Source: Chthonomonadaceae bacterium (GTDB lineage: Bacteria > Armatimonadota > Chthonomonadetes > Chthonomonadales > Chthonomonadaceae). From it: 39,303 bases of DNA. Below are positions 26,529 through 36,168 of this stretch, piece after piece (the first letter of the stretch is position 1; each line of letters starts with the position of its first letter). The stretch is taken from contig JAYTGR010000124.1 of the NCBI GenBank assembly GCA_043733205.1, positions 1 to 39,303 on the forward strand. The letters are read 5' to 3'. The notes below the pieces were generated by a model. That model was not told the DNA's origin, ran no database searches, and was given only the letters and a program-made list of their open reading frames with translations. Made by a program: the position numbers and the translations under genes.

Positions 26529-27003
26529 ACGGGTTGTCCTTGGGGCGGGAGATGAATGGGAACAGCAGCAACCCTGTATCAGGATGTCGTGCCGAACGAT
26601 AAGTCTTTCACTCATCGATAAGGCGATGAGGGGAGCTGCCTTTGAGCGAAGGACTTCAATGTCGCGCGCTGGGATATGGACCGCTTTGCGGTTCAGTTAT
26701 GAAAAATTATACCCCCATCACCGCATTCTAAGGAACAATTTGGTCTTTCGCACGAGATTTCTTCCTCTGTCCAATCAAGCGATTTCGCCGGCTTGTTCCC
26801 GCGAAAAAATCGGACTTTCAACCTGGGGTATCATAGAGTATTGCGGTGAGAGGGAAGGGACGTGATGACAGCGGCCACACCGTGTATAAATAAAGAGACA
26901 TCGGGCCAGGTAAAATTTATCGCCGTATCAAGGCGCGCCTGGGGGCGCTGACAGCTTCCTTTTGGCGGCGAGGCAGGCTACGGTGGGAGCGAACGAGGAA
27001 ATT

Positions 27004-28740
27004 ATGGCTCAAGCACACGAAACAGACGGAAACACGACGCCTTCGGACCCGAAGACGGAGCGGCGTGAAATGCAGACAGACTATCTCCGCGAAGCGATCA
27101 AGGAGGATCTGCGTATCGGCAGATTCGACCACGTCCACACGCGGTTCCCGCCGGAGCCGAATGCGTACCTCCACATCGGGCATGCAAAAGCCCTGTGGAT
27201 CAACTACGGCATTGCGCTCGATTTCGGCGGCAAATTCAACCTGCGATTCGACGATACAAACCCCCTGCGCGAAGAGCAGGAGTTCGTAGACGGAATTATC
27301 GAAGATGTTTGCTGGCTCGGCGTCGACTGGGAAGACCGGCTCTGTTTTGCCTCAGACTATTTCGAGCAGATGTACGACTGGGCGGTCGACCTGATCCGCA
27401 AGGGCAAGGCATACGTATGCGATCTCACTGCAGAAGAGGTGAGCGCCACCCGAGGCACACTCACCAGTCCCGGTACGGACAGCCCCTACCGGAATCGCAG
27501 TGCGGAAGACAATCTTGACCTCTTCGCGCGCATGCGGGCCGGCGAGTTTCCCGATGGCACGAGGACGCTGCGCGCGAAAATCGACATGACTGCGCCGAAC
27601 ATGATCCTGCGCGACCCGGTCATGTACCGCATCCTGCATGCCAAACATCACCGTCAGGGAGATAAGTGGAGCCTCTATCCGATGTATGACTGGGCGCACG
27701 GCCTCGAGGACTCTATCGAGGGAGTCACACACTCGCTCTGCTCACAGGAGTACGAGATCCACCGCCCGCTCTACGACTGGTTTCTGGATGAACTCGGCAT
27801 CTATCATCCCCGCCAGATCGAGTTTGCCCGTTTGAATCTCTACTACACGGTGATGAGTAAGCGCAGATTCATCGAGCTGGTGAATGGCGGCTGCGTGGAG
27901 GGATACGACGATCCCAGGCTTCCGACGCTGGCAGGACTGCGCCGCCGGGGCTATACGCCCGAAGCTATTCGGGATTTTTGCCGCCGAATTGGAGTCTCGA
28001 AGACGGACAGCCTCGTGGATGTCGCGATGCTGGAGGACTGTGTCCGGGAGGATCTCAACAGACACTCTCTGCGGGCGATGGCGGTGCTGGATCCGGTGAA
28101 AGTGGTGCTGGTGAACTACCCGGAGGGGCAGACGGAGGAGTTGGATGTGATCAACAACCCGGAGGATCCCGATGCCGGAACGCGCAAAGTGCCCTTTTCG
28201 CGCGAACTGTACATCGAGCGCGATGACTTTCGCGAAGATCCGCCGCCCAAGTTCTTTCGACTGGCCCCCGGCCGCGAGGTGCGACTGCGGAACGCCTACT
28301 TCATCCGCTGTGAAGAGGTTGTGAAGGACGCGAACGGAACCGTGACGGAACTGCGCTGCACTTACGATCCTCAGACGCGGGGCGGCGACGCGCCGGACGG
28401 CCGGAAAGTGAAGTCCACCCTGCACTGGGTCGCCGCGCCGACCGCGGTATCGGCGGAGATTCGCCTCTACGAGCATCTGTTCGTGAAACCCAGCCCGGAC
28501 GATGTGGAACCCGGACAGAACTACATCGCAAACCTCAATCCCAACTCACTGCGTGTGGTGTCGGGCGTGGTCGAACCCAGCCTAGCGGCGGCTGCGGCGG
28601 GAGCGCGTTATCAGTTCGAGCGGCTGGGGTACTTCTGCGCAGACGCGTCCTCGACGCCTGCAGCCCCAGTCTTCCATCGAACCGTTACCCTGCGGGATAC
28701 CTGGGCCAAGATCGATAAGGCGTCGCGACCGGGGCAGTAA
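27004..28740 (+). CDS. glnS: Glutamine--tRNA ligase.
   Basis: Start ATG 27004 after GAGGAA (internal Met of ORF 26962..28740). Class-I motifs: [19 protein letters not shown] (HIGH) and VMSKRR (KMSKS). Also NLRFDDTNP, and a C-terminal anticodon-binding region ending YQFERLGYF. Confidence 0.95.
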   Translation: MAQAHETDGNTTPSDPKTERREMQTDYLREAIKEDLRIGRFDHVHTRFPPEPNAYLHIGHAKALWINYGIALDFGGKFNLRFDDTNPLREEQEFVDGIIEDVCWLGVDWEDRLCFASDYFEQMYDWAVDLIRKGKAYVCDLTAEEVSATRGTLTSPGTDSPYRNRSAEDNLDLFARMRAGEFPDGTRTLRAKIDMTAPNMILRDPVMYRILHAKHHRQGDKWSLYPMYDWAHGLEDSIEGVTHSLCSQEYEIHRPLYDWFLDELGIYHPRQIEFARLNLYYTVMSKRRFIELVNGGCVEGYDDPRLPTLAGLRRRGYTPEAIRDFCRRIGVSKTDSLVDVAMLEDCVREDLNRHSLRAMAVLDPVKVVLVNYPEGQTEELDVINNPEDPDAGTRKVPFSRELYIERDDFREDPPPKFFRLAPGREVRLRNAYFIRCEEVVKDANGTVTELRCTYDPQTRGGDAPDGRKVKSTLHWVAAPTAVSAEIRLYEHLFVKPSPDDVEPGQNYIANLNPNSLRVVSGVVEPSLAAAAAGARYQFERLGYFCADASSTPAAPVFHRTVTLRDTWAKIDKASRPGQ

Positions 28741-28747
28741 AACCGCT

Positions 28748-28788
28748 CCTGTCAGCCTGGAAAGTTTGTAATTTTCCAGGCTGACAGG
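28748..28788 (+). terminator. Stem-loop downstream of glnS, a putative terminator.
   Basis: Perfect 16-bp stem CCTGTCAGCCTGGAAA / TTTCCAGGCTGACAGG with a 9-nt loop, starting 8 nt after the glnS stop. It is followed by the T-rich sequence TATTGACTTTTG rather than a clean U-tract. Confidence 0.45.
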
Positions 28789-28790
28789 TA

Positions 28791-28819
28791 TTGACTTTTG
28801 CACCCAGATCGGGTAAACT
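28791..28819 (+). promoter_or_regulatory. Sigma-70-like promoter for tRNA-Gln.
   Basis: TTGACT (28791-28796), a 17-nt spacer, then TAAACT (28814-28819). The tRNA 5' end is 10 nt downstream. Confidence 0.5.
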
Positions 28820-28829
28820 GTCTATATGT

Positions 28830-28902
28830 TGCCGGATAGCTCAGTTGGTAGAGCGACTGTCTCTGGATCAGTAGGTCCAAGGTTCGAATCCTTGTCTGGC
28901 AG
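28830..28902 (+). tRNA. tRNA-Gln (anticodon CTG).
   Basis: Manual cloverleaf. Acceptor TGCCGGA/TCTGGCA with a U1:A72 pair and G73, both hallmarks of bacterial tRNA-Gln. D arm GCTC-AGTTGGTA-GAGC. Anticodon arm ACTGT-CTCTGGA-TCAGT (loop C-T-CTG-G-A). T arm CAAGG-TTCGAAT-CCTTG. No encoded CCA. Confidence 0.92.
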
Positions 28903-28920
28903 TTCTTCCCGAAAATAGAT

Positions 28921-28955
28921 CCCTTGATCTCGAAATGAGATCAAGGGTTTCTTTC
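28921..28955 (+). terminator. Rho-independent terminator after tRNA-Gln.
   Basis: Perfect 11-bp stem CCCTTGATCTC / GAGATCAAGGG with a 5-nt loop, followed by TTTCTTTC. Confidence 0.7.
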
Positions 28956-29116
28956 ATTTCACGATGGGACTAAATTGCAAATAGGTGTGAAGGCGCTCCC
29001 TCGTAGGCGAACGACACCATGCTATAATGTGGAGGCATCGAATGGCCTTTTCCAGATACGGTAACATTCGGTGCTCTCTCAACGGACTGTCCGCACTCCG
29101 AAAGGAATCGAACCCT

Positions 29117-31027
29117 ATGCAAAAACTTCTCCTCTGCATCTTGCTGGCGCTCATTACCGTCTCCTCAGGCGCGGAGAGCGGTCCCTTCTATGCGCCGATC
29201 CGCAGCAACGATCTTCCGACGCTGCGCAAACTCGTCCGCACACACGGCACGAAAGCGCGCGACTCGGAGGGCAACTCCCCTCTCATGCTCTCCGCCGCTT
29301 TCGGGAGTCTGGAAAGTATGCGCCTGCTTCTCGATTCCGGCGCCAATCCCAACACGACGAACAGCGTCGGCGCAGCGCCGCTCCACTGGTGCGCGAACGA
29401 TCCTGCGAAAGTCCGGCTGCTGCTTGCAAAGGGCGCAAACGTCAATGCCCGATCCAAGTTGGGGCGCACGCCTCTCGAAATCGCTGTCTACCACGATGGC
29501 AACATAGAGACGGCGCGTCTTCTCATCGCCAAAGGCGCGGATGTGAAGGCTGTCGATAAAGGCGGCGCGAGCGTTCTGGAGATCGCATGCGGCAGCAATG
29601 TGGATGTCGATGTCGCCCGACTGTTGCTGGAGAAAGGCGCTATCGCGAATACGAAGGACGGCGGCGGTTTTTCACCGATCCTAGTGGCCAGCGCAGTCCA
29701 TCAAGGCAACGGCGATACGATCAAATTGCTGCTCGCCCACGGGGCTATGGCCACGGAGAAGTGCATCGATTTTCTCGGACATGTCAAGAACGGCAACATA
29801 GAACTGGGGGCATTCACTGCACTGCATGAGGCCGCCAGCGTCGGGAATTTTGAAGGTGCGGAGGCATTGATCGAGGCGGGCGCGGACGTAGAGGCTCAGG
29901 ACATTCGCCACTTCACTCCGCTCGTCTGGGCGGTTGCGACCGACCACCCGAATCTGAAGATCGTCCATCTGCTGCTTGCGAAAGGCGCGAAGCCCGCGCC
30001 GGCGATCGCATGGGCGAAGCGGTATCGGAACCCGGCGATCCTGCGTCTGTTCGGCCTGGATCCCGTGGCTTCCGCTCCTGTGACTGCGGAGGCAGCCATT
30101 GGCCCTGTCACGCGTGTGCATGTGAGGGAAGCCCTCTCGAAAGCGTTTACAGGACTGCAGGGGCCTGCATCGAATTTTTTCAAAAACGGGGGATGCGTCT
30201 CCTGTCACGCTCAGAATATGAGCGGGTTCGCCGTGTCGCTCGCTCGCCCTCTCGGTTTCCGCACCAACACGGCACGGGAAGTGAAGGAAGCAGCAACGAC
30301 GGATCGATTCTTGTCTGTGCTTGAACAAGACTTGCTGCAGAGGAACGATCCGCCAGGGGGCGCGGATACCATAGTTCATGCACTGCTTCAGACGCGCGAA
30401 GCGGGACTGACTCCTACGATCTCCTCAGACGCCCTTGCCGTCTATGTGGCGGCGAATCAGACGAAGGCGGGGGGCTGGTCAGGCGGCGGTCAGCAGAGGG
30501 CGCCTGCCGAGGACGGCGTTATCAACATTACGGCAAAAGCCGTTCGCGTGCTGCATGAGTATCCGCTCCCCGGTCGCAAAGCCGAGTTTACCGAGCGTAT
30601 CGTCCGTGCCGCCGGATGGCTTACGAAAGTCGAACCGCTGACCACGGAGGATCGCACCTACCAGATCCTGGGGTTGGTATGGGCGGGCCGTAAAGCGCCT
30701 GCAAACCGTATGCAGGAACTCATCGCTCTCCAGCGCGCCGAAGGCGGATGGGGCCAGACCGTCGATCTGCCTGCGGATGCCTATGCGACGGCGGAGGCGT
30801 TGTGGGCGCTGCACGAGGCGGGTATGGCCTCTTCCAACCCTGTCTGCCAACGCGGCGTCGCGTACCTGCTGCGCACGCAAGCGAAGGATGGTACGTGGCA
30901 CGTGGTATCGCGCTCTATGCCGTTTCAGCCCTACTTCGAGAGCGGTTTCCCTTACGGCCACGACCAGTGGATCTCCCAAACCAGCACCGCCTACGCGGCA
31001 ATCGCTCTCGCGTTTGCCGGAAAGTAG
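29117..31027 (+). CDS. Exported ankyrin-repeat protein with a CXXCH heme-binding motif and a prenyltransferase/terpene-cyclase-like (alpha/alpha toroid) C-terminal region.
   Basis: Start MQKLLLCILLALITVSSGAES at 29117, with AAGGA upstream. There are about 8-9 ankyrin repeats (GNSPLMLSAAFGSLESMRLLLDSGANPN, APLHWCA..., RTPLEIAVYHDGNIETARLLIAKGADV, and others). FFKNGGCVSCHAQNM carries CVSCH at 30194-30208. The C-terminus has QxxxGGW-type repeats (NQTKAGGWSG, LQRAEGGWGQ, TQAKDGTWH). Confidence 0.8.
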   Translation: MQKLLLCILLALITVSSGAESGPFYAPIRSNDLPTLRKLVRTHGTKARDSEGNSPLMLSAAFGSLESMRLLLDSGANPNTTNSVGAAPLHWCANDPAKVRLLLAKGANVNARSKLGRTPLEIAVYHDGNIETARLLIAKGADVKAVDKGGASVLEIACGSNVDVDVARLLLEKGAIANTKDGGGFSPILVASAVHQGNGDTIKLLLAHGAMATEKCIDFLGHVKNGNIELGAFTALHEAASVGNFEGAEALIEAGADVEAQDIRHFTPLVWAVATDHPNLKIVHLLLAKGAKPAPAIAWAKRYRNPAILRLFGLDPVASAPVTAEAAIGPVTRVHVREALSKAFTGLQGPASNFFKNGGCVSCHAQNMSGFAVSLARPLGFRTNTAREVKEAATTDRFLSVLEQDLLQRNDPPGGADTIVHALLQTREAGLTPTISSDALAVYVAANQTKAGGWSGGGQQRAPAEDGVINITAKAVRVLHEYPLPGRKAEFTERIVRAAGWLTKVEPLTTEDRTYQILGLVWAGRKAPANRMQELIALQRAEGGWGQTVDLPADAYATAEALWALHEAGMASSNPVCQRGVAYLLRTQAKDGTWHVVSRSMPFQPYFESGFPYGHDQWISQTSTAYAAIALAFAGK

Positions 31028-31210
31028 ACCGCTGACAACCAGCCCGATAGAATAGAAGCACGAAGGCGAGAATTCGTGAGAACCTCGCCTTTTGGCCGCC
31101 TGAAATCAGACCAGGTAGCGCTGCCATATCCAGTGAAAAATTTTAGAGGGACTTGAAAAAAGCGGGTTCACGATTCACAATGTTGGTTACCACACCACAA
31201 AGGAGTTGCC

Positions 31211-31640
31211 ATGAACCCGCAACCCCTATTTTGTCGCAATAACGACTGTCTGTCAAGAGGACTGCAAACAAAGGCAATATTCGTGTCCACGACAGCCTAA
31301 AACAACGCTGCCGATGCTTCACGTGCAAGCAGACCTTCCGAATGACCGACGGAACGCTCTTTTAGGGCAAAAAGTATCCGCCCGAGACCATCGTCTGGTC
31401 CGACGTGGTCGCGGTCTTGCCCGGCAAACGAGCACTCTTGAGAGCGGCATGTATCTGGTGGGCTGTTTGTACAACTTCTGCACGCCGCATCAGAGTTTAC
31501 GACGAGAGGACGGCGAATACACTCCTGCGATGGCGGCGGGTTTGCCCCCTCACCTCTGGAGCGTGAGAGAACTCCTTTCGTATCGGTGCGTTCCGCCGTC
31601 TTTTGTGGCGAAGAAAAACGGGGGCGCAAGCCCAAATCAG
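31211..31640 (+). mobile_element. Degraded IS transposase remnant: a Zn-ribbon N-terminus fused to a C-terminal tail, with the DDE core deleted, plus frameshifts and stops.
   Basis: From ATG 31211: MNPQPLFCRNNDCLSRGLQTK.., then a frame slip to GNIRVHDSLKQRCRCFTCKQTFRMTDGTLF, then a stop. This is the Cys-rich N-terminus seen in IS1-like and ISKra4-like transposases. ORF 31314..32069 then carries only the typical transposase C-terminal tail LESGMYLVGCLYNFCTPHQSLRREDGEYTPAMAAGLPPHLWSVRELLSYR. No inverted repeats were identified. The family assignment is uncertain. Confidence 0.5.
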
Positions 31641-31797
31641 AAGCTCAGTCACAAGAAGGAGGCAATCGAGTTGTCACCGGATAATGTGGCCCTGCCGTGC
31701 CAACGGTACTTGTGGATCGATCGGCGACACTGCAAAAGCAGGAAGAGTACGCTTGTTTGCGGAATGGATTACGTCAAATCGGCAATGGGGCCTCTTT

Positions 31798-33483
31798 ATG
31801 ATCTACATCCAAAACTATCACCCTCTCACGTCTTCTTTATTCTCAATTCTCTTTGCGGCGCTGCCCGTCATTGTGCTCTTCGTGCTTTTGGTCGTCAGGC
31901 GTGCCCCTGTTCCCTACGCAGCGGCGGGTGGGGCAGTCACAGCTTTTCTGGTGGCGACAATCATCTACCGGATGCCCGTCCCAATGGCAGGCCTTGCGTT
32001 TCTCAACGGAGCCTTATTTGCCCTGCTCCCGATCTGCTGGGTTCTAGTCGGAGCGATGCTGCTCTATAACATTACGGTCGAAACCGGCTGTTTTGAACGC
32101 ATTAAGTCGTCTGTTGCAGGGCTTTCGCCGGACCACCGGCTGCAGGCGATCCTCATTGCGTTCTGCTTCGGCGCGTTCCTAGAAGGAGCGGCAGGGGCAG
32201 GAACCCCAGTCGCGATCTGCGCGGCTATGATGGTGGGACTGGGCTTCAATCCGTTTCAGGCGGCCTGCCTCTGTCTCATCGCGAACACTTCTCCAGTCGC
32301 CTTTGGGGGATTTGGAACACCGCTCCTGACACTTCAAAGTGTTACGGGGATAGATATTCGTGCCTTGAGTCACATGGCGGGGAATCAGCTTCCTATTATT
32401 TCCTGCCTGGTTCCGCTGTGGCTGGTGCGGAGCATGTGCGGCTGGAAAGAGACCCGAGAGGTGCTGCCTGCTATCGTTGTAGGCGGCGGAACCTTTGCAC
32501 TGTGCCAGTTCTGTTTTGCTCACTCCAGCGCATTTCCCCTGACAGACCTTGCGGGCGGACTGATCTCCCTGGTAGTGATGGGAATGTTTCTCCGCTTCTG
32601 GCAGCCACGGCGTATCTGGCGCTATGAGACCCGGCACCTCCACACTGCCCCAGACAGAGCAGAGGCGGATGCGCTCATTCAGAAACATGTGGTTCCGCGC
32701 ATGCCGCTGCATCGGGCGATCTCCGCATGGATGCCGTTTATTCTGCTGTGTGGACTGATGGTTCTCGTCGGGACCAACAAAAAAACGCTGGATTCCCTGA
32801 GCGTTGGTCCTGTACGTGGAGTGTATGAGTTTCCTATCCCTGGCCTGGATAATCGAGTAGAGCGCACACCGCCTGTGGTGGAGACTCGAACGCGGGAGAC
32901 TGCGGTCTTCAAACTCAACTGGATCACGACTCCCGGAACTCCGGTGGCATTGACGGTGCTGATGGTGATGCTGCTCCTGAAGGTAACGCGCGGGCAGATG
33001 CGGATCGTGGTCAAACGCACCGTGAAACAGATGCGCGTCCCGGTACCGACTATCGTATTCATGCTGGGGCTTGGCTCGATCACGCGCCTGGGAGGGCTGG
33101 ACGCGACTCTGGGGATGGCGTTCAAAAACACAGGGGCGGCTTATCCATTTTTTGCCGCCATGCTCGGTTGGCTCGGCGTATTCCTGACAGGAACCGACTC
33201 CGGAAGCAACGCTCTATTTGGCAGTCTGCAGAAGATCACGGCGCTTCAGCTTGGTCTCAGCCCGGTGCTGATCTGTGTGGCGAACTCTTCTGGGGGCGTG
33301 ATGGGCAAGATGATCGACGCACAGTCCATCTGTGTGGCAACAGCGGCGACGGAGAAGATCGGGACCGAAGCGGATATCTTCAAGGCTGTCCTGCGGCACA
33401 GTGTCGTCCTCGCCGCCCTGATCGGCCTCCTGGTGCTGCTTCAGGCCTACGTCTACCCCTTCACTCTGATGGTTCCGCATTAG
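31798..33483 (+). CDS. lctP: L-lactate/glycolate permease (LctP family).
   Basis: Internal start MIYIQNYHPLTSSLFSILFAALPVIVLF at 31798 gives 561 aa, the family-typical length. The protein is polytopic. Hallmark segments are AFCFGAFLEGAAGAGTPVAICAAMMVGLGF and GVFLTGTDSGSNALFGSLQ. Confidence 0.88.
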   Translation: MIYIQNYHPLTSSLFSILFAALPVIVLFVLLVVRRAPVPYAAAGGAVTAFLVATIIYRMPVPMAGLAFLNGALFALLPICWVLVGAMLLYNITVETGCFERIKSSVAGLSPDHRLQAILIAFCFGAFLEGAAGAGTPVAICAAMMVGLGFNPFQAACLCLIANTSPVAFGGFGTPLLTLQSVTGIDIRALSHMAGNQLPIISCLVPLWLVRSMCGWKETREVLPAIVVGGGTFALCQFCFAHSSAFPLTDLAGGLISLVVMGMFLRFWQPRRIWRYETRHLHTAPDRAEADALIQKHVVPRMPLHRAISAWMPFILLCGLMVLVGTNKKTLDSLSVGPVRGVYEFPIPGLDNRVERTPPVVETRTRETAVFKLNWITTPGTPVALTVLMVMLLLKVTRGQMRIVVKRTVKQMRVPVPTIVFMLGLGSITRLGGLDATLGMAFKNTGAAYPFFAAMLGWLGVFLTGTDSGSNALFGSLQKITALQLGLSPVLICVANSSGGVMGKMIDAQSICVATAATEKIGTEADIFKAVLRHSVVLAALIGLLVLLQAYVYPFTLMVPH

Positions 33484-33490
33484 CGAAAAC

Positions 33491-33533
33491 GCCATCTAAA
33501 CGAGATACCGAAACGGTATCTCGTTTAGATGGC
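33491..33533. terminator. Perfect 20-bp stem / 3-nt loop hairpin between convergent genes, a candidate bidirectional terminator.
   Basis: GCCATCTAAACGAGATACCG-AAA-CGGTATCTCGTTTAGATGGC, starting 8 nt after the lctP stop. There is no U-tract on the plus strand. On the minus strand it is followed by GTTTTCG. Confidence 0.45.
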
Positions 33534-33720
33534 GACATAGTTCAGTTGGCCCATACGATGTATCACCTCAAAAAGACGGGGAACTTGCCGCAAATCGCGA
33601 TATTCTGATCTCAGAGCATAGCGATATCAAGACATTTACCCCAACTTACTGAGGTGATACCAGCCTGATCTGCCAGAAACGTTCGTCTGTTATTCCGTCA
33701 GCACGGTGAGAGCCGATGCG

Positions 33721-34626
33721 TCAGTCTGTGCGATACAGACGGTGGACGGCATCGGCTCCTGTCCACGTCTGCTTCTTCATTTTTCGATAGTTGGCCAGGC
33801 ATTTCGCAGCGGTCTCGATCGACGGGAAGCGGCTGCCCTCCTGCTCGATCAAAAGATACTCTGCGCCGCCCCTGGCCTGTGCTGCCTCCAGGAGAGGTTT
33901 CCAGGGAGCATCCCCTTCGCCGAACAGGACACGGTAACCGCGATCTGCTCCCGCACCCCAGTCCTTCAGATGCAGGGACCGAATCCGGCCGGGGTTCGCC
34001 TGGATCCATGCGACCGGATCGTAACCCATTTCGACGCATGTGCCCACATCGAACTGCAGCGTGACCTCTTTCGGCGTGTTCGCTGCGAGAAATGGCATCG
34101 GGCGGAATCCGCTGTGCTCGGTAAATTCTAACTGATGGTTGTGATAGCCTGCCCGCATTTTTAGAGGCTTCAGGACGTCTGCGGCCTGCGTCAGTGTCTC
34201 CGCGACGCGTTTCCAATCGTCCTGATTTTCGGTTCTGCCTGCACTTGCCATCACAATAGTCTTGGAGCCCAGGATTCGGTTGAGTTCGATGGCTCGTTTG
34301 AGACCGTCACCTTCCAGCCCGCTGCGATTGTTGTGCGTGGAAAGGCATTTGATATTCAGGTCGTTCAGCAGTTTCCGGACATCGGCGGCGTATGCGGTGG
34401 TCCATCCGGAATAGGGGGAGTAGAACTCTACGACTTCGTAGCCGAGTTTCGCGACGGCGGTTACCGTGCCAGTCAGGTCTTTCTCGAGTTCATCGCGTAC
34501 GGAATAGAGTTCCAGACCGATTGGCAGTTTCCTGTGTGTCGCTGCTGCTGCGACATCAGCCCCTCCCGCCACGATCGCACAGGCCGCCGTCACAAAAGAT
34601 CGCCGTGATATAGGCTTCATGTTCAT
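33721..34626 (-). CDS. Tat-exported sugar phosphate isomerase/epimerase (xylose-isomerase-like TIM barrel).
   Basis: Start MNMKPISRRSFVTAACAIVAGGADVAAAA at 34626, 7 nt after AAGGAG. Family pattern: LELYSVRDE, GYEVVEFYSPY, YHNH, QFDVGT and LHLKDW. Confidence 0.85.
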   Translation of the reverse strand: MNMKPISRRSFVTAACAIVAGGADVAAAATHRKLPIGLELYSVRDELEKDLTGTVTAVAKLGYEVVEFYSPYSGWTTAYAADVRKLLNDLNIKCLSTHNNRSGLEGDGLKRAIELNRILGSKTIVMASAGRTENQDDWKRVAETLTQAADVLKPLKMRAGYHNHQLEFTEHSGFRPMPFLAANTPKEVTLQFDVGTCVEMGYDPVAWIQANPGRIRSLHLKDWGAGADRGYRVLFGEGDAPWKPLLEAAQARGGAEYLLIEQEGSRFPSIETAAKCLANYRKMKKQTWTGADAVHRLYRTD

Positions 34627-34745
34627 CTTTTTTCTCCTTTGCCGACCCAGCATACTCCGCTGCACACCTCAGCCGGATGCAGTGCCGACCCAGTTCCTCG
34701 AAACTGAAACGCACAGGCGGCTCATGAAAGGCATACTGCAGTCTG

Positions 34746-35855
34746 TCAGCGCTGAATTCGCGCGGAACCGCCATGCGCATAGGCCCGTACCTGCTCCAGG
34801 GTTGCCATCGTCGTATCGCCGGGGAACGTCGTGAGCAGGGCCCCATGAGCCCATCCTAGATTGATCGCTTCCTGCGGGGTCTCCCCTGTGAGCAGTCCGT
34901 AGAAGAAGCCTGAGGCAAACCCGTCTCCGCCGCCGACGCGGTCGTGAACGTCCAGTTCGCAAGTCGGGGCCACGTAGGTCTGGCCATCCACCCAGGCCAC
35001 TGCGCTCCACTGGTGCCGATTGGTGGAGTGTACGTCCCGCAGAGTCGTCGCGACGATCTTCACCTGGGGGTGCTGTTCCACGACCTGGTCGATCATTCCG
35101 AAGAAGGTGCTCGGATCGAGTTTAGACGTCGAAGAGACCTCTGGACCACGGATGCCGAGCCCCTTCTGAAGGTCTTCTTCGTTTCCGACAAGTACGTCCA
35201 CATAGGCCATGATACGCCCGATGACCTCCTGGGCGCGCGCGGCGCCTCCCCATCTCCGCCAGAGTTTCTCGCGGAAATTAAGATCGAAGGAGATGACTGC
35301 GCCAGCCGCCTTGGCCGCCTGCATGGCCTCGATCATCACATCGGAGGTGGTTTCGGAAAGCGCCGCGAAGATCCCACCGCTGTGAAACCACCGCACACCG
35401 CCTGCGAAGATCGCGTCCCAGTCGAAGTCCCCGGGCTTCAGCAGCGCTGCTGCCTCGTTCGAGCGGTTATAAAAGACCACGGGTGAGCGCACCCCTGTGC
35501 CACGGTCGCTGTAGACAGCGGCAATATTAGGGCCGCAGACGCCATCGTGCGGATAAAGTTTATAGAAAGGCTCGACGCCCATCGCGCGGACCCGATCGGC
35601 GACCAGATCCCCGATGGGGTAGTCCACCATCGCCGTGACAATCCCCGTCTTCATACGGAAGCAGTCCGACATGTTGGCGGCGACATTAAACTCCCCGCCG
35701 CTGACGTGAATCTGACACTGAGTCGCCTTGCGGAAGGGGATAATCCCCGGATCGAGGCGGTGGACAAGAGCGCCCAGCGACAGGACGTCAAGCCGGCCTG
35801 TCGGGTTCATATTCAAACCATACTGCATTCTGCTCTCCCTGAGATAATCTTCCAT
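34746..35855 (-). CDS. PfkB/ribokinase-family sugar kinase.
   Basis: 369 aa, with GAGGAG upstream of ATG 35855. Motifs: LSLGALVHRLDP, GGEFNVAANM, and the C-terminal DRVGGGDGFASGFFYG (PfkB signature 2). Confidence 0.85.
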   Translation of the reverse strand: MEDYLRESRMQYGLNMNPTGRLDVLSLGALVHRLDPGIIPFRKATQCQIHVSGGEFNVAANMSDCFRMKTGIVTAMVDYPIGDLVADRVRAMGVEPFYKLYPHDGVCGPNIAAVYSDRGTGVRSPVVFYNRSNEAAALLKPGDFDWDAIFAGGVRWFHSGGIFAALSETTSDVMIEAMQAAKAAGAVISFDLNFREKLWRRWGGAARAQEVIGRIMAYVDVLVGNEEDLQKGLGIRGPEVSSTSKLDPSTFFGMIDQVVEQHPQVKIVATTLRDVHSTNRHQWSAVAWVDGQTYVAPTCELDVHDRVGGGDGFASGFFYGLLTGETPQEAINLGWAHGALLTTFPGDTTMATLEQVRAYAHGGSARIQR

Positions 35856-36168
35856 CTATCCAATCTCCTCTGCTGCCCCTTGCTCAGGAGCGGAAGAGAT
35901 CGCCAGCATTATGATTCGACAGCGAAAGTCGGAATCCTGCAAAGTGCTTTCGGCGGCAGGGTTATTCCGTTTTCCCTCTGTGAGCGTTCGCGTGGCACGA
36001 TGGACTAAAGTCCTTCGCTTGGGGCCTGCGGCCGAAGGTCCGCCTGCGCGGACTCGGATACGGCTCTTTGGCGAAAACTGAATGACCCTGCTTCTGCGGA
36101 CTGAACTTGTGCCGCAGGAACGCGTCTATTTTCCTATCATGGTACGCGCGGAAAGAGAGAGAACAGAC

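Noticed and set aside
26584-26865. 93-aa ORF in the 475-nt divergent intergenic region between the BNR gene and glnS. I also considered a possible leader or riboswitch for glnS.
   Set aside because: There is no RBS, the composition is odd and the region is AT-richer, as a promoter region would be. I could not identify any conserved leader structure by eye, so nothing is claimed.
31054-31094. Terminator after the ankyrin-CXXCH gene (AAGGCGAG…CTCGCCTT + TTGG).
   Set aside because: The 8-bp stem has a 13-nt loop and a poor U-tract. It is plausible but too weak to list as a feature.
28903-31210. Possible tRNA-Gln-targeted genomic island with att direct repeats.
   Set aside because: I looked for a repeat of the tRNA 3' end (…GAATCCTTGTCTGGCA) downstream as far as the IS relic and found none. 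There is no integrase gene.
31314-32069. 251-aa ORF read as a single gene.
   Set aside because: It is a chimera. Only its first ~90 residues resemble a transposase C-terminal tail. The rest is out-of-frame read-through across the lctP start region.
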